Shown here in pieces: positions 37,901 through 47,723 of a stretch of DNA of 64,000 bases. Under the pieces are notes generated by a model, which worked only from the letters and a program-made list of their open reading frames with translations, did no database searches and had not been told where the DNA came from. Both the position numbers and the translations under genes were made by a program. The DNA is from Candidatus Poribacteria bacterium (GTDB lineage Bacteria; Poribacteria; WGA-4E; WGA-3G). The stretch covers positions 3,392,001 to 3,456,000 of the forward strand of contig OZ244048.1 of NCBI GenBank assembly GCA_965215265.1, read 5' to 3'. Position 1 is the first letter of the stretch, and each line of letters opens with the position of its first letter.

Positions 37901-39813
37901 AGGGCGCGGAGAATCTTCCACACTGCGGCGAACCGGTTATTGTCGTTGAGAATATTGGCCGGATCTGCGCCTGCGGGTATTGCCACCGGCAGGATGATGT
38001 AGCCGTACTGCTTGCCGGGCGCTTTACGCATCACACGGCCGACTGCTTGCACGATGTCCACGTGCGAGTTCCTCGGGGCCATGAAGAGCACTGCGTCGAG
38101 GGCGGGGACATCGATGCCTTCGGTGAGACACCGTGCATTTGAGAGAATACGGCAAACCCCGTCAGAATCACCCTTTAACCACTCAATCCGTTTTTTGCGG
38201 GCGAGCGCATTATCTTTTCCATCCACGTGCTCGGTTTCGCACTTAAAGTTGTGCGGGCGGTGCGCGTCCGGCATTCGTTCTATAGCACTCTCTATAACCC
38301 CGTCCCAATGTTTCACAAGGTTCTTTGACGCGGCGATGGTGTTGGTGAAGGCGATGGCACGGGTTAGCGGTTTGATTGCCGCATCGTCAGGGGTTTTTCT
38401 TTCCGGGTTTTGGAGGGCACGCCAGCAGCCTACAATCTTCGTCGCGTCGTTAATGTTAAGGGCGCTGCCACCGGATGTGCGGTATGTCTGCAGCGCTGCA
38501 TCCGCATTAGGTTCGTATATGGAAAGCACGACAACCTTGTAGTCAGAGAGCAGATCTTGTTCGACGGCTCTAGAGAAGGGCAGGTAATGGAATGCTTCGC
38601 CGTAGGTGTCCGCATCGTCCATAGAGAACACTTCAATATCATGGCGTGCGGCTTTTGCCTTCGCGCTTTCGGTATAGAGGCGTGAGGTAGCCGTCATGTA
38701 GAGGCGCTTCTTGGCATGGATTCGGGCGTTGTCGTGTACCAGTATAAAGTGAGAAGTGTCTTCATCTGAGGCTGCGATGCCTGTGGTTCGGTGTGCTTCG
38801 TCGCAAAGGACGATATCAAACGGCGGGGCGGCTGCCGCTTGTGCTTGTTCGACGATGGGGAGTGAATGGTAGGTGCAGAACACGACTTTCATAGTGTCCG
38901 TGTCTCTTTTCTGAAGCGCTTCAGAAATCACATCGGGCGCTGTCGTCACTGGTATTTCCAGCTCCAGGATGGATGCCTCCTCGGTGGTTTTCCCGGCTCG
39001 GGTATCGGAACAGATGCCGATGTAGCGGTGCGGGATGGCCTGTTGTTCTGCCCATTCTCGCATCGCTTGTGAAAAGAGCCCGATGGAGGGCACGAGGTAT
39101 AGCACCCTGCCACCGACACCGGCGATAGCCTCGGCAATGCGGAGCGCCGTGAACGTTTTGCCGGTGCCGCACGCCATCAGGAGTTTGCCACGGTCGGAAT
39201 GTTTGAAGCCGTTGATAACGTCATCAACCGCTTCTTTTTGATGCGGGCGGAGGCTGAACTTTTCTGGTTGAGAGTCGAGTTGTTCGGGCGCTTGCTCGGC
39301 GAGGTCCGGCCAGTTGACGGGGCGGCTGGCGAGCTCGGCGGCACTGAGGCGTTGGCAGGGCGGTTGCAAGCCGTCGAGAGTCCTATAGACGTTGGCACTC
39401 CAGCTGTCGCTGGTGTCAACGAACAGGCGCGCGGTGAAGGGCGCACGACCGGATGCCGAGATAAAGGTGTCCACATCTTGTTTTCTGATACGTGTGTTTT
39501 CAGCGTAACATTTGCACTGGATTGCGCAGTAGCCGCCTTCGCGTTCTTCCGCTACCAGGTCGATGCCGATATCCACCCCATCGAACTCTGGGCGAAGCGC
39601 TGCCCATTCAGCCCAGAGATACACATCGGAAAACCGATTTTTATAGAAGGCATCTTCAAGCAGATAGCGCCGGATTAAACGCTCGAAAAGTCTGCCGACT
39701 CCGTATTGGGTATTCGCATTTTCGCGAATGTAGTGGAGGGCCGTGTAGAAGCCGTTATCTTTTTGTTCGGTTCCGCTTTGTAAGTCTAAGTAGATTTGTG
39801 TGGTTTCTGACAT
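34978..39813 (-). CDS. Type ISP restriction-modification enzyme (LlaGI/LlaBIII-like: Mrr nuclease, SF2 helicase, adenine MTase, TRD)
   Basis: GIDLVA..IQCK, MACGTGKT, DEAH, QAVGRVMR, VYTP, LDAFTGTG, GNPPW, LRGN; 1611 aa. Confidence 0.93.
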   Translation of the reverse strand: MSETTQIYLDLQSGTEQKDNGFYTALHYIRENANTQYGVGRLFERLIRRYLLEDAFYKNRFSDVYLWAEWAALRPEFDGVDIGIDLVAEEREGGYCAIQCKCYAENTRIRKQDVDTFISASGRAPFTARLFVDTSDSWSANVYRTLDGLQPPCQRLSAAELASRPVNWPDLAEQAPEQLDSQPEKFSLRPHQKEAVDDVINGFKHSDRGKLLMACGTGKTFTALRIAEAIAGVGGRVLYLVPSIGLFSQAMREWAEQQAIPHRYIGICSDTRAGKTTEEASILELEIPVTTAPDVISEALQKRDTDTMKVVFCTYHSLPIVEQAQAAAAPPFDIVLCDEAHRTTGIAASDEDTSHFILVHDNARIHAKKRLYMTATSRLYTESAKAKAARHDIEVFSMDDADTYGEAFHYLPFSRAVEQDLLSDYKVVVLSIYEPNADAALQTYRTSGGSALNINDATKIVGCWRALQNPERKTPDDAAIKPLTRAIAFTNTIAASKNLVKHWDGVIESAIERMPDAHRPHNFKCETEHVDGKDNALARKKRIEWLKGDSDGVCRILSNARCLTEGIDVPALDAVLFMAPRNSHVDIVQAVGRVMRKAPGKQYGYIILPVAIPAGADPANILNDNNRFAAVWKILRALRSHDDRLNAEINRIDLNNTPTPRIIFTGYNLDGDGTDTPAALNAQQLFLPLEIPADAICAKIVENCGDRKYWESWAKDVADIFLRVTARIEGLLNTLENEALREWFDAFHTELQSSINASITRSNAIEMMAQHILTRPVFEALFEHYDFAASNPVSRALNALQADFSEFGLEDETRDLARFYESVQLRARGIDNSEGKQRVLLELYEKFFATALEKDAQRLGIVYTPIEVVDFILHSAEEVLRDEFGRCLSDEGVHLLDAFTGTGIFPVRLLQSGLIHPDDVGRKFREELHANEIVLLAYYIAAVNIEEAFRGRHGEDSPYEPFKGIVLTDTFNLNKEEAPTLFPKEWLPDNNERAERQQQLPIQVIVGNPPWSVGQRSAADDNPNIDYPELENRVRETYAERSTATLKNSLYDTYKLAIRWASDRLDEGVIAFVTNGSWIDGNADAGIRACLVEEFSSIHVLNLRGNARTSGERRRAEGDNVFGQGSRAPVAITILVKNPNASHDGCRIHYRDIGDYLTREEKLDALREAVSIKGFNDWQIITPNAHHDWIEQRSEAFSKFYPMGTKQAKAGKADDAIFKLYSQGLATSRDAYIYNFSREACAENARQMTQDYLAALSKLEENPELTIAEVVNRYATNIKWNTDLENDLRRRRKTAFNESYIQKVVYRPFIATNCYTDYTFIQRRYQMHQIFPDSSSENRVICVPGIGSKKSFSALITDTLPDLGFNEACQCFPRWQYPKPSDKPDASDSFLSVDDSPKRIDNISDTALLAFREHYRDDTISKDDIFDYVYGVLHAPSYREQFANDLSKMLPRIPFAPDFHAFAEAGSRLAELHLSYETGERIPLELIFAQQGVPQPQHFRLGTRAMRFADKPQKTTLMLNEHVQLTGIPEEAHRYLVNGRTPLEWFIDRYRIKQDKESGIINDANGWFEHPRDLITAIERIVYISVQSTRIIERLPHQVMPESDDESGQPS

Positions 39814-39961
39814 ATTAGTTCTTTTCAGCTCCTTTGCGAACGGGGATGTAGGGTCTTCGGAAGGATTGTTGTTGTGGTGCTTGGCGTGTCAGGGTGCCGT
39901 TCTGGAGGTGAGGGATATCTGGAATCAGCGGCGGCGGCGCTAGTGGCAGCGCTGCGAGCAG

Positions 39962-40003
39962 AAAAAAAGCCTGCCCTGTGCTTGAGGGTGCCAGTGGGCA
40001 GGC
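39962..40003 (-). terminator. Intrinsic terminator upstream of the Type ISP gene
   Basis: GCCTGCCC/GGGCAGGC stem + T7 on the minus strand. Confidence 0.7.
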
Positions 40004-40053
40004 GTGCAGTCGAGTGAAAGTGAAGTTGAGGCGAGCTGGTGATGCGCGAGAAC

Positions 40054-40227
40054 TTAACAGATATAAGGGGGGGGGTAAATCGTTCTTTTTGCTGACGGAC
40101 CCGGCAGATGGCAGTTATCGGCGGCAGTCGTAATACGCGTGAATCTCGATTGAGTGCTTGCGTGCAACGGCAGCGCGGTATTGAGAGAGAGGACAGATTT
40201 TACTGAAGTGCTAAGAGTTATATGCAT
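40054..40227 (-). pseudogene. 57-aa ORF ending just after a C9 tract; leader-like remnant
   Basis: ...KRTIYPPPYIC*, with DNA resembling the KRRMHPPLYIL leader at 2800-2836. Confidence 0.35.
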
Positions 40228-40453
40228 GAGCGTTATGGTTACCCGCGAGGTTGGAAACCCTTATCTGTCGAGGCAGGGGGTGTTTCCTAACTTGCGAGTT
40301 GAAAGATCTATTTATTTTTAGAATCAACTATATAGCGAACATCTGGTTTTTCAGACGTTCAGATAAAACTCGGTTTGATTAAGACTAGCGGTTTGAAACC
40401 GGGTGAACCAGAAACATTGTCTCAGCAATATTTTCAGAGAGCTGTGCGTGACA

Positions 40454-41629
40454 TTAAGGGGACAGAGTTGGCAACTCTGGTATTTCCATCCATCGTCGGT
40501 TTTTCCAAGACTCCCATCCCTTTTCTGCTAACTGAACGCCTTTGGCGCCGGCAAGAAGTGTCCAGGGGAACGGTTCATCAGCGACGACATGTCTGAGGAA
40601 GAGTTTCCACTGTGCCTTGAAGGCGTTTTCGTAGGTTTCCTGTTCTGGTACCTTGAGCCATCCATCAAAGAATTGGATAGGTTGTTCGATGTCAGGATTC
40701 CAGACGGGACGTGGGGTTGCAGAGAGAGGCTGGATGCAGCAATCGCGTAATCCAGCAACAGCAGAGCCGTTCAATCCGTCTACGTGTATTGTCAAGAGAT
40801 CGTCGCGTCGTACTCGGACTGCCCAAGAGGAGTTAAAATGAGCGATGATGTCACCTTCTAATTCAAAAGTCGAGTATGCGGCATCTTCGGCTGTACATCG
40901 GTATGGTTTGCCTTCTTCGTCCCAGCGTTGCGTAAAATGTGTCGCTGCAATGCAGGAGACACCTTTGACTTCGCCGAAAAGGTTGTCCAGTACGTATCGC
41001 CAGTGGCTAAACATATCGAGTATAATTCCACCGCCGTCTTCAGCCCGATAGTTCCATGAGGGCCGTTGTGTCGGGATTAGATCACCTTGGAAAACCCAAT
41101 AGCCGAATTCACCTCGGACGGCAATAATTTTCCCGAAAAAATCAGCGTCAATGAGACGTTTCAGTTTTTGGATGCCGGGTAACCAGAGTTTATCCTGAAC
41201 GACTCCGTTTTTGAGTCCGGCGTTTGTTGCCTGTTGGTATAGGCGATACGCATCTTCAGTCGTGGTGGCGGTTGGTTTTTCACAGTAGATGTGTTTGCCG
41301 GCGGAGATTGCGGATTGAACCGCCTTGACACGCTGTGACGTGACTTGCGCGTCAAAATAGACAGAATAACCGTCATCGGCGAGGACAGCATCCAAATCAG
41401 TACTCCATTTTTCAACACCTGTAGTCTGGGATAGTTTCTCTAGTTTGGCTGGGTTTCTACCGACGAGGATAGGTTCAGGCATAATCACTTTTCCTTCCTC
41501 AAGTAGAATGCCGCCTTCTTCAGCGATTGCTAAGATGGAACGGATGAGATGTTGGTTGGTGCCCATTCTTCCGGTGACACCGTTCATGATGATGCCGATA
41601 CGTTGTACTTCTTTGATCTGATTCGTCAT
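40454..41629 (-). CDS. Gfo/Idh/MocA-family oxidoreductase
   Basis: IIMNGVTGRMG, GKHIYCEKP, GGGIILDM. Confidence 0.92.
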   Translation of the reverse strand: MTNQIKEVQRIGIIMNGVTGRMGTNQHLIRSILAIAEEGGILLEEGKVIMPEPILVGRNPAKLEKLSQTTGVEKWSTDLDAVLADDGYSVYFDAQVTSQRVKAVQSAISAGKHIYCEKPTATTTEDAYRLYQQATNAGLKNGVVQDKLWLPGIQKLKRLIDADFFGKIIAVRGEFGYWVFQGDLIPTQRPSWNYRAEDGGGIILDMFSHWRYVLDNLFGEVKGVSCIAATHFTQRWDEEGKPYRCTAEDAAYSTFELEGDIIAHFNSSWAVRVRRDDLLTIHVDGLNGSAVAGLRDCCIQPLSATPRPVWNPDIEQPIQFFDGWLKVPEQETYENAFKAQWKLFLRHVVADEPFPWTLLAGAKGVQLAEKGWESWKNRRWMEIPELPTLSP

Positions 41630-41731
41630 AGAGGTCCTTATTCTCAATATCATCCAATGTTGAAGAGTTCATCAAGTTCAAAGAGTTGCTGCAAGCCAGT
41701 CTCCTTTTGGTGTGGAGTATCCGGCATGTTC

Positions 41732-42178
41732 TCAAAGCGGTTTGTCGGTGCATTGGGATGCTGCGCCTTCTGGAAGCGGTGGTGCATCAACGCCTGCTTT
41801 CGGGAGTGTGCCTGTTAATTCTTGTTTCCAATGTGCGACATCTCCTGCTGGCCCATAACAGTAGACCATCTGCATGGGTGTATCACTAGTGTTCGTTAAC
41901 TGGTGAAAAACCCACGAGGGAATAAAGACGGTCTGACCGGTGGATACCGTTTGTTTCTCTTCGCCCAGGCACATTTCCCCTTTCCCTTGAACGATGAAGT
42001 AGATTTCTTCCTGTTCGTGGTTATGCCAAGGGACTTGTCCGCCGTTTGGGTATAAGGTTACGAACCCCATACAGAAGTTCTCTATCTGAATTGGAGAAGC
42101 CCCTCCGACGAGGTTTTTGGTTGTGCGGCGGGCGGGATAACTGCGTCCGTCGATGTTGTTTACATCTGCAATGAGCAT
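41732..42178 (-). CDS. Cupin-domain protein
   Basis: PWHNHEQEEIY..FHQLTN; AAAGGA before ATG 42178. Confidence 0.88.
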   Translation of the reverse strand: MLIADVNNIDGRSYPARRTTKNLVGGASPIQIENFCMGFVTLYPNGGQVPWHNHEQEEIYFIVQGKGEMCLGEEKQTVSTGQTVFIPSWVFHQLTNTSDTPMQMVYCYGPAGDVAHWKQELTGTLPKAGVDAPPLPEGAASQCTDKPL

Positions 42179-42507
42179 TATGTGTTGTCCTTTGTAGGTG
42201 TGAGCTCTGTATCGCGATTCCGCTCTATTCAAAAAGTTCTGTTACTAGATATGAAACCGTTCGATAACACTCTCCAATGTAAGCGGCGTGATATCTGTTT
42301 CCGAACGATAGGCTGTCACTGTTGCAGTGCGTTTATCAAGCGTGTTTTTGATAATGTATCACAAAATTCTGATGAAAATACTCAAGGACTCGATATTGAA
42401 AATTCTAATCTAATATTTTTGCTCTCCTTCGGTGCTGATTTATGTTGGTGGCGCGCTTCATGAATTATTTTTTAGTTTTCATCAAAGCGCGCTTACCGCG
42501 CTGCATT

Positions 42508-45144
42508 TTAAGATTCTGAGTCCTCAATGACAGCCTGCGCTGCTGCTAGGCGTGCGATCGGTACACGGAACGGTGAACAGGATACGTAATTAAACGCTAG
42601 GCTGTGGCAAAATTTCACGGAATTCGGTTCGCCGCCGTGTTCACCACAGATGCCCACCTTCAATTCGGGCCGTGTCGTACGCCCTTTTTCACATCCAATT
42701 TTTAAGAGAGTGCCGACGCCATCTTGATCTAGTACTTGGAACGGGTCGTGCTCAAGGATGCCGTCTGCGACGTACTGCCCGAGGAACTTTTCAGCATCGT
42801 CTCGGCTCATCCCGAACGTTGTCTGCGTAAGATCATTGGTTCCGTAAGAGAAAAACTCCGCTTGTGCAGCGATTTTGTCGGCTGTGAGTGCAGCCCGAGG
42901 CAGCTCAATCATGGTGCCGACGAGGTACTCGACGCGTGTGCCTGATTCAGTAAAGACAGTTTCAGCTGTTTCAAGGACGACTTCGCGCTGTAAATTAAAT
43001 TCGTTGATATGTCCGACAAGCGGAATCATGATTTCCGGGAGTACCTCAATCCCGCGCTGTTTGACATCAACGGCTGCCTCAAAGATTGCACGTGCCTGCA
43101 TTTCAGTTATCTCTGGATACATAATACCGAGCCGGCATCCGCGATGTCCAAGCATCGGGTTGAATTCATGCAAGTCCTCGACGCGTTCACTGAGTTTCTG
43201 AGGCGGGACATCGAGGCGTGCGGCGAGTTCCTCTATTTCGGTGTTATTCTTCGGCAAAAATTCGTGCAGCGGCGGGTCAAGGGTCCGAATAGTGACGGGG
43301 TATCCTGCCATTGCTTCAAAGATACCGATGAAGTCTGAGCGTTGGTGTGGAAGGAGTTTCGCCAGTGCTTGTTCGCGTTCTTCAGTATCGTCGGCGAGAA
43401 TCATTTCTCTTACTGCATCAATACCGGTTCCAAAGAACATATGTTCGGTTCTGCAAAGGCCGATGCCTTCAGCGCCAAATTGCCGTGCGTTTTGGGCATC
43501 TTCTGGTGTATCTGCATTGGTGCGGACGTTCAGTGAGCGAAGTTCATCTGCCCATTCCATGAGTGTGCCGAATTGTCCACTCAGTTCAGGTTGTATGAGT
43601 TGGACTTCTCCATCGAGGACATCGCCTGTGGAGCCGTTGAGGGTGATAAAATCGCCTTCGACGTATTGCTTTCCACCGACGTAAAATTCTAAAGTTTCCT
43701 CATTAATGAAGAGAGCGCTACATCCGGCGACACAGCATTTTCCCATTCCTCGTGCGACAACGGCTGCATGGCTTGTCATACCGCCGCGTGCGGTGAGAAT
43801 ACCTTCGGCAGCATCCATTCCGCCAATATCTTCAGGCGAGGTTTCAGTTCGAACCAGAATGACTTTCTCGCCATCGGAGGCGAGCTCTTCGGCACGAATT
43901 GCTGTGAAAACGACTTTACCGACTGCTGCGCCTGGTGAGGCTGGTAGGCCTTGGGCGATAATTTCTACATTTGCACTCGGATCGACTCGCGGATGTAGCA
44001 GCTGGTCCAAGTCCCCTGCAGGGACGCGGGTCAAGGCCGTGTTTTTATCAATTAACCCTTCTTCAACCATTTCAACGGCGATTCGGACAGCGGCCTGGCC
44101 GGTCCGTTTCCCGTTGCGAGTCTGGAGCATGAAGAGCTGCCCGTCCTGAATCGTGAATTCAACATCCTGCATATCGCGGTAGTGTTTCTCAAGCCGTTCT
44201 CCGATATCGACTAATTGTGAATAGGAATCCGGTAAGATATTCTGCAGTTCAGCGATAGGAAGTGGTGTGCGAATACCGGCGACGACATCTTCGCCTTGGG
44301 CGTTCATCAAAAATTCGCCATAAAATACGTTTGCGCCGGTGGATGGATTCCGGGTGAAGGCCACGCCGGTTCCTGAGCTGCCGCCCATATTTCCGAAGAC
44401 CATCGCTTGGACGTTAACAGCCGTGCGTCCGATTTCTTCCGAAATATCGTTGAGTCGTCGATACGTGATGGCACGCGGATTGCCAGAAGACTCAAATACG
44501 GCATCGCGTGCCATATTTAACTGTTGCCTCGGCTCATCAGGGAAATCGTTGCCGGTTCTCTGTTTGATGATGTGTTTGAATTCATCCACGAGGCTTAAAA
44601 GTGCGGCGGCATCAAGTTCCGTATCTAATGTAATTCCATTTGCTTTTTTCTTTTCTTCAAGTAAATGTTCAAACTCGTCATGCTCAACACGAAGGACGAC
44701 GTTTCCAAACATCTGAACGAAGCGGCGATAGGCATCGTACGCGAAACGCTCGTTTTTCGATTTCGCGATAAGCCCTTTTACCGTGTCATCATTCAAGCCG
44801 AGGTTGAGAATAGTATCCATCATTCCCGGCATTGAGACAGCAGCCCCGGATCTAACAGAGAGAAGCAACGGGTTTTCAGTACCGCCAAACGTTGAATTGA
44901 TTGCTCCTTCTATTTTGCGTATGTTATCGTCAATCTGAGCATCAAGTTCGGTTGGGTACTGCTTCTCATTTTCGTAGTAAAATTTGCAAACCTCGGTTGA
45001 GATAGTGAAACCGGGTGGTACTGGGATACCGAGGTTGGTCATTTCTGCGAGATTTGCTCCTTTACCACCAAGTAGGAGCCGCATAGTAGCATCGCCTTCA
45101 CCTTTACCGGCACCAAAGAAGTAAACGTACTTTGGTTTTGACAT
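42508..45144 (-). CDS. ppdK: Pyruvate phosphate dikinase
   Basis: GGKGANL, SVRSGA, GGMTSHAAVVARG, GICGEHGG; AGGAGG before ATG 45144. Confidence 0.97.
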   Translation of the reverse strand: MSKPKYVYFFGAGKGEGDATMRLLLGGKGANLAEMTNLGIPVPPGFTISTEVCKFYYENEKQYPTELDAQIDDNIRKIEGAINSTFGGTENPLLLSVRSGAAVSMPGMMDTILNLGLNDDTVKGLIAKSKNERFAYDAYRRFVQMFGNVVLRVEHDEFEHLLEEKKKANGITLDTELDAAALLSLVDEFKHIIKQRTGNDFPDEPRQQLNMARDAVFESSGNPRAITYRRLNDISEEIGRTAVNVQAMVFGNMGGSSGTGVAFTRNPSTGANVFYGEFLMNAQGEDVVAGIRTPLPIAELQNILPDSYSQLVDIGERLEKHYRDMQDVEFTIQDGQLFMLQTRNGKRTGQAAVRIAVEMVEEGLIDKNTALTRVPAGDLDQLLHPRVDPSANVEIIAQGLPASPGAAVGKVVFTAIRAEELASDGEKVILVRTETSPEDIGGMDAAEGILTARGGMTSHAAVVARGMGKCCVAGCSALFINEETLEFYVGGKQYVEGDFITLNGSTGDVLDGEVQLIQPELSGQFGTLMEWADELRSLNVRTNADTPEDAQNARQFGAEGIGLCRTEHMFFGTGIDAVREMILADDTEEREQALAKLLPHQRSDFIGIFEAMAGYPVTIRTLDPPLHEFLPKNNTEIEELAARLDVPPQKLSERVEDLHEFNPMLGHRGCRLGIMYPEITEMQARAIFEAAVDVKQRGIEVLPEIMIPLVGHINEFNLQREVVLETAETVFTESGTRVEYLVGTMIELPRAALTADKIAAQAEFFSYGTNDLTQTTFGMSRDDAEKFLGQYVADGILEHDPFQVLDQDGVGTLLKIGCEKGRTTRPELKVGICGEHGGEPNSVKFCHSLAFNYVSCSPFRVPIARLAAAQAVIEDSES

Positions 45145-45182
45145 CAAAAACCTCCTAATTTTGGGTAGATGTATCACATGTA

Positions 45183-45204
45183 CACGGTTGAAAACCGTGG
45201 CTAC
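45183..45204 (-). repeat. GTAG-type REP-like palindrome
   Basis: Minus strand GTAG-C-CACGGTT-TTC-AACCGTG. Confidence 0.5.
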
Positions 45205-45212
45205 TGCGTTAT

Positions 45213-45366
45213 TTCGTCTATTGGCGTACCGTCGCGCTTTATGCTTTGTGAATGACAGTGTCCAGTTCGTCAGAGCCGCTTTATGCTATGCCTAAGATAT
45301 CTCCAACGAGATTTGTAAAGGTTTTAACATTGCAGCAGCCTTTATGGTACTACAGTAGTAGACAAA
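45213..45366. repeat. ~155-bp palindromic MITE-like element, copy A (pafA|ppdK spacer)
   Basis: Ends TTCGTCTA..TAGACAAA; blocks CGCTTTATG, TCGTCAGAGCC, CCTAAG, CTCCxACGAGA, ATGGTAC shared in order with copy B. Confidence 0.75.
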
Positions 45367-45374
45367 AAAGTTAA

Positions 45375-46781
45375 TTAAATTGAATAAATTGCACGACTCG
45401 CTTCATCAAATTCAGGTTTAAACGGATCGTTAGAGAGGTAGAGGATTTGATACGGCTCATAAAGTTGAATGTAGCTCCAATTGACACCGCCAATTACCTT
45501 TCCTTGGTTAACCTTTTTGATAAATTTCCCCCGGAATTTGGCACGAGTTCTTTCTGGGGGATTGTGCTCTGCATGGCGAATCTGCGCTGCATCAACAATT
45601 CGTTCGATTTCCTCCCGTTCTTCGAGGGCATAGTAGAGGCTCGCCTCTGGACGTACACTGTGGTATTTCAGGTCGAGCAGCCTGACTTCAGGGGAATTCC
45701 AATGCAGAGAACGGTTCGCCAGGTATGTCTGTAGCCATTTCCATTTAATGACCCAGTCGAGTTCCCTATCTAATTGCATCGGGTCTTTTTCCAAGCAGGT
45801 TAGAACGTACTCCCAGCGTGCCATGAGTTGTTCGGTTGTCTGATCGGATTCAGCCTGTTCAAGGTACCGCTTCGCACATTCCAAATATTGCCACTGCAAT
45901 TGCACTGCGGTTAATCGTTTTCCATTTTCAAGTTCAATCTGTCGTGTGCAAGTTATATCATCGGAGATTTGTCGGATAGCTTGTACGGGTTTGAGGAGTT
46001 TAAACCGTTGCTGAATGAAGTTATCCTCAATCATGCGAAGTACTATCCCGGTTGTGCCGACCTTCAAGAAAGTGGAAAATTCAGACATGTTAGAGTCGCC
46101 AACAATAACGTGTAAGCGTCGATATTTTTCTCTATCGGCGTGAGGTTCGTCGCGTGTGTTGATAATTCCGCGTGCGGTCGTTGTGCCGATTGAAATTTCT
46201 TCACGAATATGGTCTGCTCGTTGCGAGATGGCGTATAATTCTCTATTAGGGAGTTGCCTGCCGTGTTCTGTGAATTGTCCTGCGATTTTGCCTGTCTTGA
46301 TTTTTCCTGCGCCTGTGAAGACTTGTCGCGTAACAAAAAACGGGATCAGCTGCGCTGCCAATTGCCGGAAGTGAACGTGCCGCTCCATCAAATAATTTTC
46401 GTGGCAGCCATAGGTATTGCCAGAGGTGTCTAAGTTGTTTTTAAAAATGGAAATTTTCCCACGGAATCCGTCATTCCGCATCCGCCTTTCCGCTGTGCTT
46501 GCGAGGCGTGTGATAATCCGTTCGCCGGCTTTATCGTGTGCGACCAGCTCGGCGACATCATCGCACTCCGGGGTTGCGTATTCAGGGTGGCATCCAATAT
46601 CTTGATAAAACCGTGCGCCATTTTCAAGGAAGACATCTGGATACATGCGCCCGGCGACGATTTCTCGGAAAAGATACATGACGGTATTTTGGACAGTGAG
46701 GGACTTCCCCCGCTGTTCATCGGGTGTCCATATAATTCCGAACTCCGTTTCAAGTCCGTAAATTCTACGTTTCATGGGCAA
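45375..46781 (-). CDS. pafA: Pup--protein ligase
   Basis: RIYGLETEFG, FLENGARFYQDIGCHPEYATPEC, YGCHENYL, RDEPHAD; last gene of the operon. Confidence 0.9.
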   Translation of the reverse strand: MPMKRRIYGLETEFGIIWTPDEQRGKSLTVQNTVMYLFREIVAGRMYPDVFLENGARFYQDIGCHPEYATPECDDVAELVAHDKAGERIITRLASTAERRMRNDGFRGKISIFKNNLDTSGNTYGCHENYLMERHVHFRQLAAQLIPFFVTRQVFTGAGKIKTGKIAGQFTEHGRQLPNRELYAISQRADHIREEISIGTTTARGIINTRDEPHADREKYRRLHVIVGDSNMSEFSTFLKVGTTGIVLRMIEDNFIQQRFKLLKPVQAIRQISDDITCTRQIELENGKRLTAVQLQWQYLECAKRYLEQAESDQTTEQLMARWEYVLTCLEKDPMQLDRELDWVIKWKWLQTYLANRSLHWNSPEVRLLDLKYHSVRPEASLYYALEEREEIERIVDAAQIRHAEHNPPERTRAKFRGKFIKKVNQGKVIGGVNWSYIQLYEPYQILYLSNDPFKPEFDEASRAIYSI

Positions 46782-46808
46782 CTTTTCTCCAAATTACGAG
46801 GTCTGTTT

Positions 46809-47534
46809 TCAGGAAGCGTTTAATAATTCCACGACCTCTGTGGTAGAGAGACGTTGGAATTTGCGTCGCCCTGGACCCCGGACGAGGGACGCTACCTCAA
46901 TTGTGTCGGCGGAGATTTCATAATCTGAGTCAGTTTGAGTTTCGATTGCTTGAAAAGTCTGGTTTATGAGTTGGAGTGCTGCCGCCATCTCTAGATTGTC
47001 AACGTAGTTTTGTTCCAGAATTTCTGTGATTTCTGCGGCGCGCCCGCCAATAGCAGCGTATTTTTCCTCTTCCCAATAAATGCCATCATAGTGAATATGG
47101 TAAATCTGATTCGCGTAGCTGCCATTGCTGTTTGAGTTATCCGTGCTGCCTACCTCACAAACGAGAAGTTCAATTTCCAAGGGTTTTGCATCCCAGGCTT
47201 GCGCGACTGCGCCCATGTGTTGTGAATAGAGGTTTGTCAGCCATTTTGCGGTAACATCTTCGCGGTAGTAGCGGAAGCCTTTAATTTCCGCTTCGCGGAT
47301 ACCCGCGACGCGGAGTGCCTCATATTCAGCGATGCGCCCGGCCGATGCGAGTGCAATCCGATCATAAATTTCAGAAATCTTAAAGATAGATTTGCGAGGG
47401 TTTTCTGCTACCATCAGCAGTCCGTCTCGGTACTCTAAAACGACAACCTCTTTCGCTTGTTCAATGCCTCGCCGGACGAAATCCTCTTTGTCTTGACGGA
47501 TCTGTTCAGGGGAAACATAATAAGGTGTGGACAT
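46809..47534 (-). CDS. prcA: 20S proteasome alpha subunit
   Basis: PYYVSPEQ, KISEIYDRI, KPLEIELLVCEVG. Confidence 0.93.
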   Translation of the reverse strand: MSTPYYVSPEQIRQDKEDFVRRGIEQAKEVVVLEYRDGLLMVAENPRKSIFKISEIYDRIALASAGRIAEYEALRVAGIREAEIKGFRYYREDVTAKWLTNLYSQHMGAVAQAWDAKPLEIELLVCEVGSTDNSNSNGSYANQIYHIHYDGIYWEEEKYAAIGGRAAEITEILEQNYVDNLEMAAALQLINQTFQAIETQTDSDYEISADTIEVASLVRGPGRRKFQRLSTTEVVELLNAS

Positions 47535-47559
47535 TCAATTCCTCTTCACGTTTTGATTA

Positions 47560-47719
47560 TTCGTCTACAGGAGCCCATTACCGCTTTATGTTTTGATAAC
47601 CTTAGCACAAATCTCGTCAGAGCCCTTCGATGTATTGATTCATTACCTAAGGAGCCTCCGACGAGAGCTACACAGTGATTACCAATACATAACGCATTGA
47701 TGGTACGGAGATATACGAA
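47560..47719. repeat. ~160-bp palindromic MITE-like element, copy B (prcB|prcA spacer)
   Basis: Left and right arms are imperfect inverted repeats over ~60 bp; right end 47697-47719 is the exact reverse complement of 50362-50384. Confidence 0.85.
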
Positions 47720-47723
47720 TTAC

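Noticed and set aside
40244-40296. Hairpin CGCGAGGTTGGAAAC..GTTTCCTAACTTGCG as an ncRNA or riboswitch
   Set aside because: No known riboswitch motif recognised; probably a degenerate REP-like palindrome.
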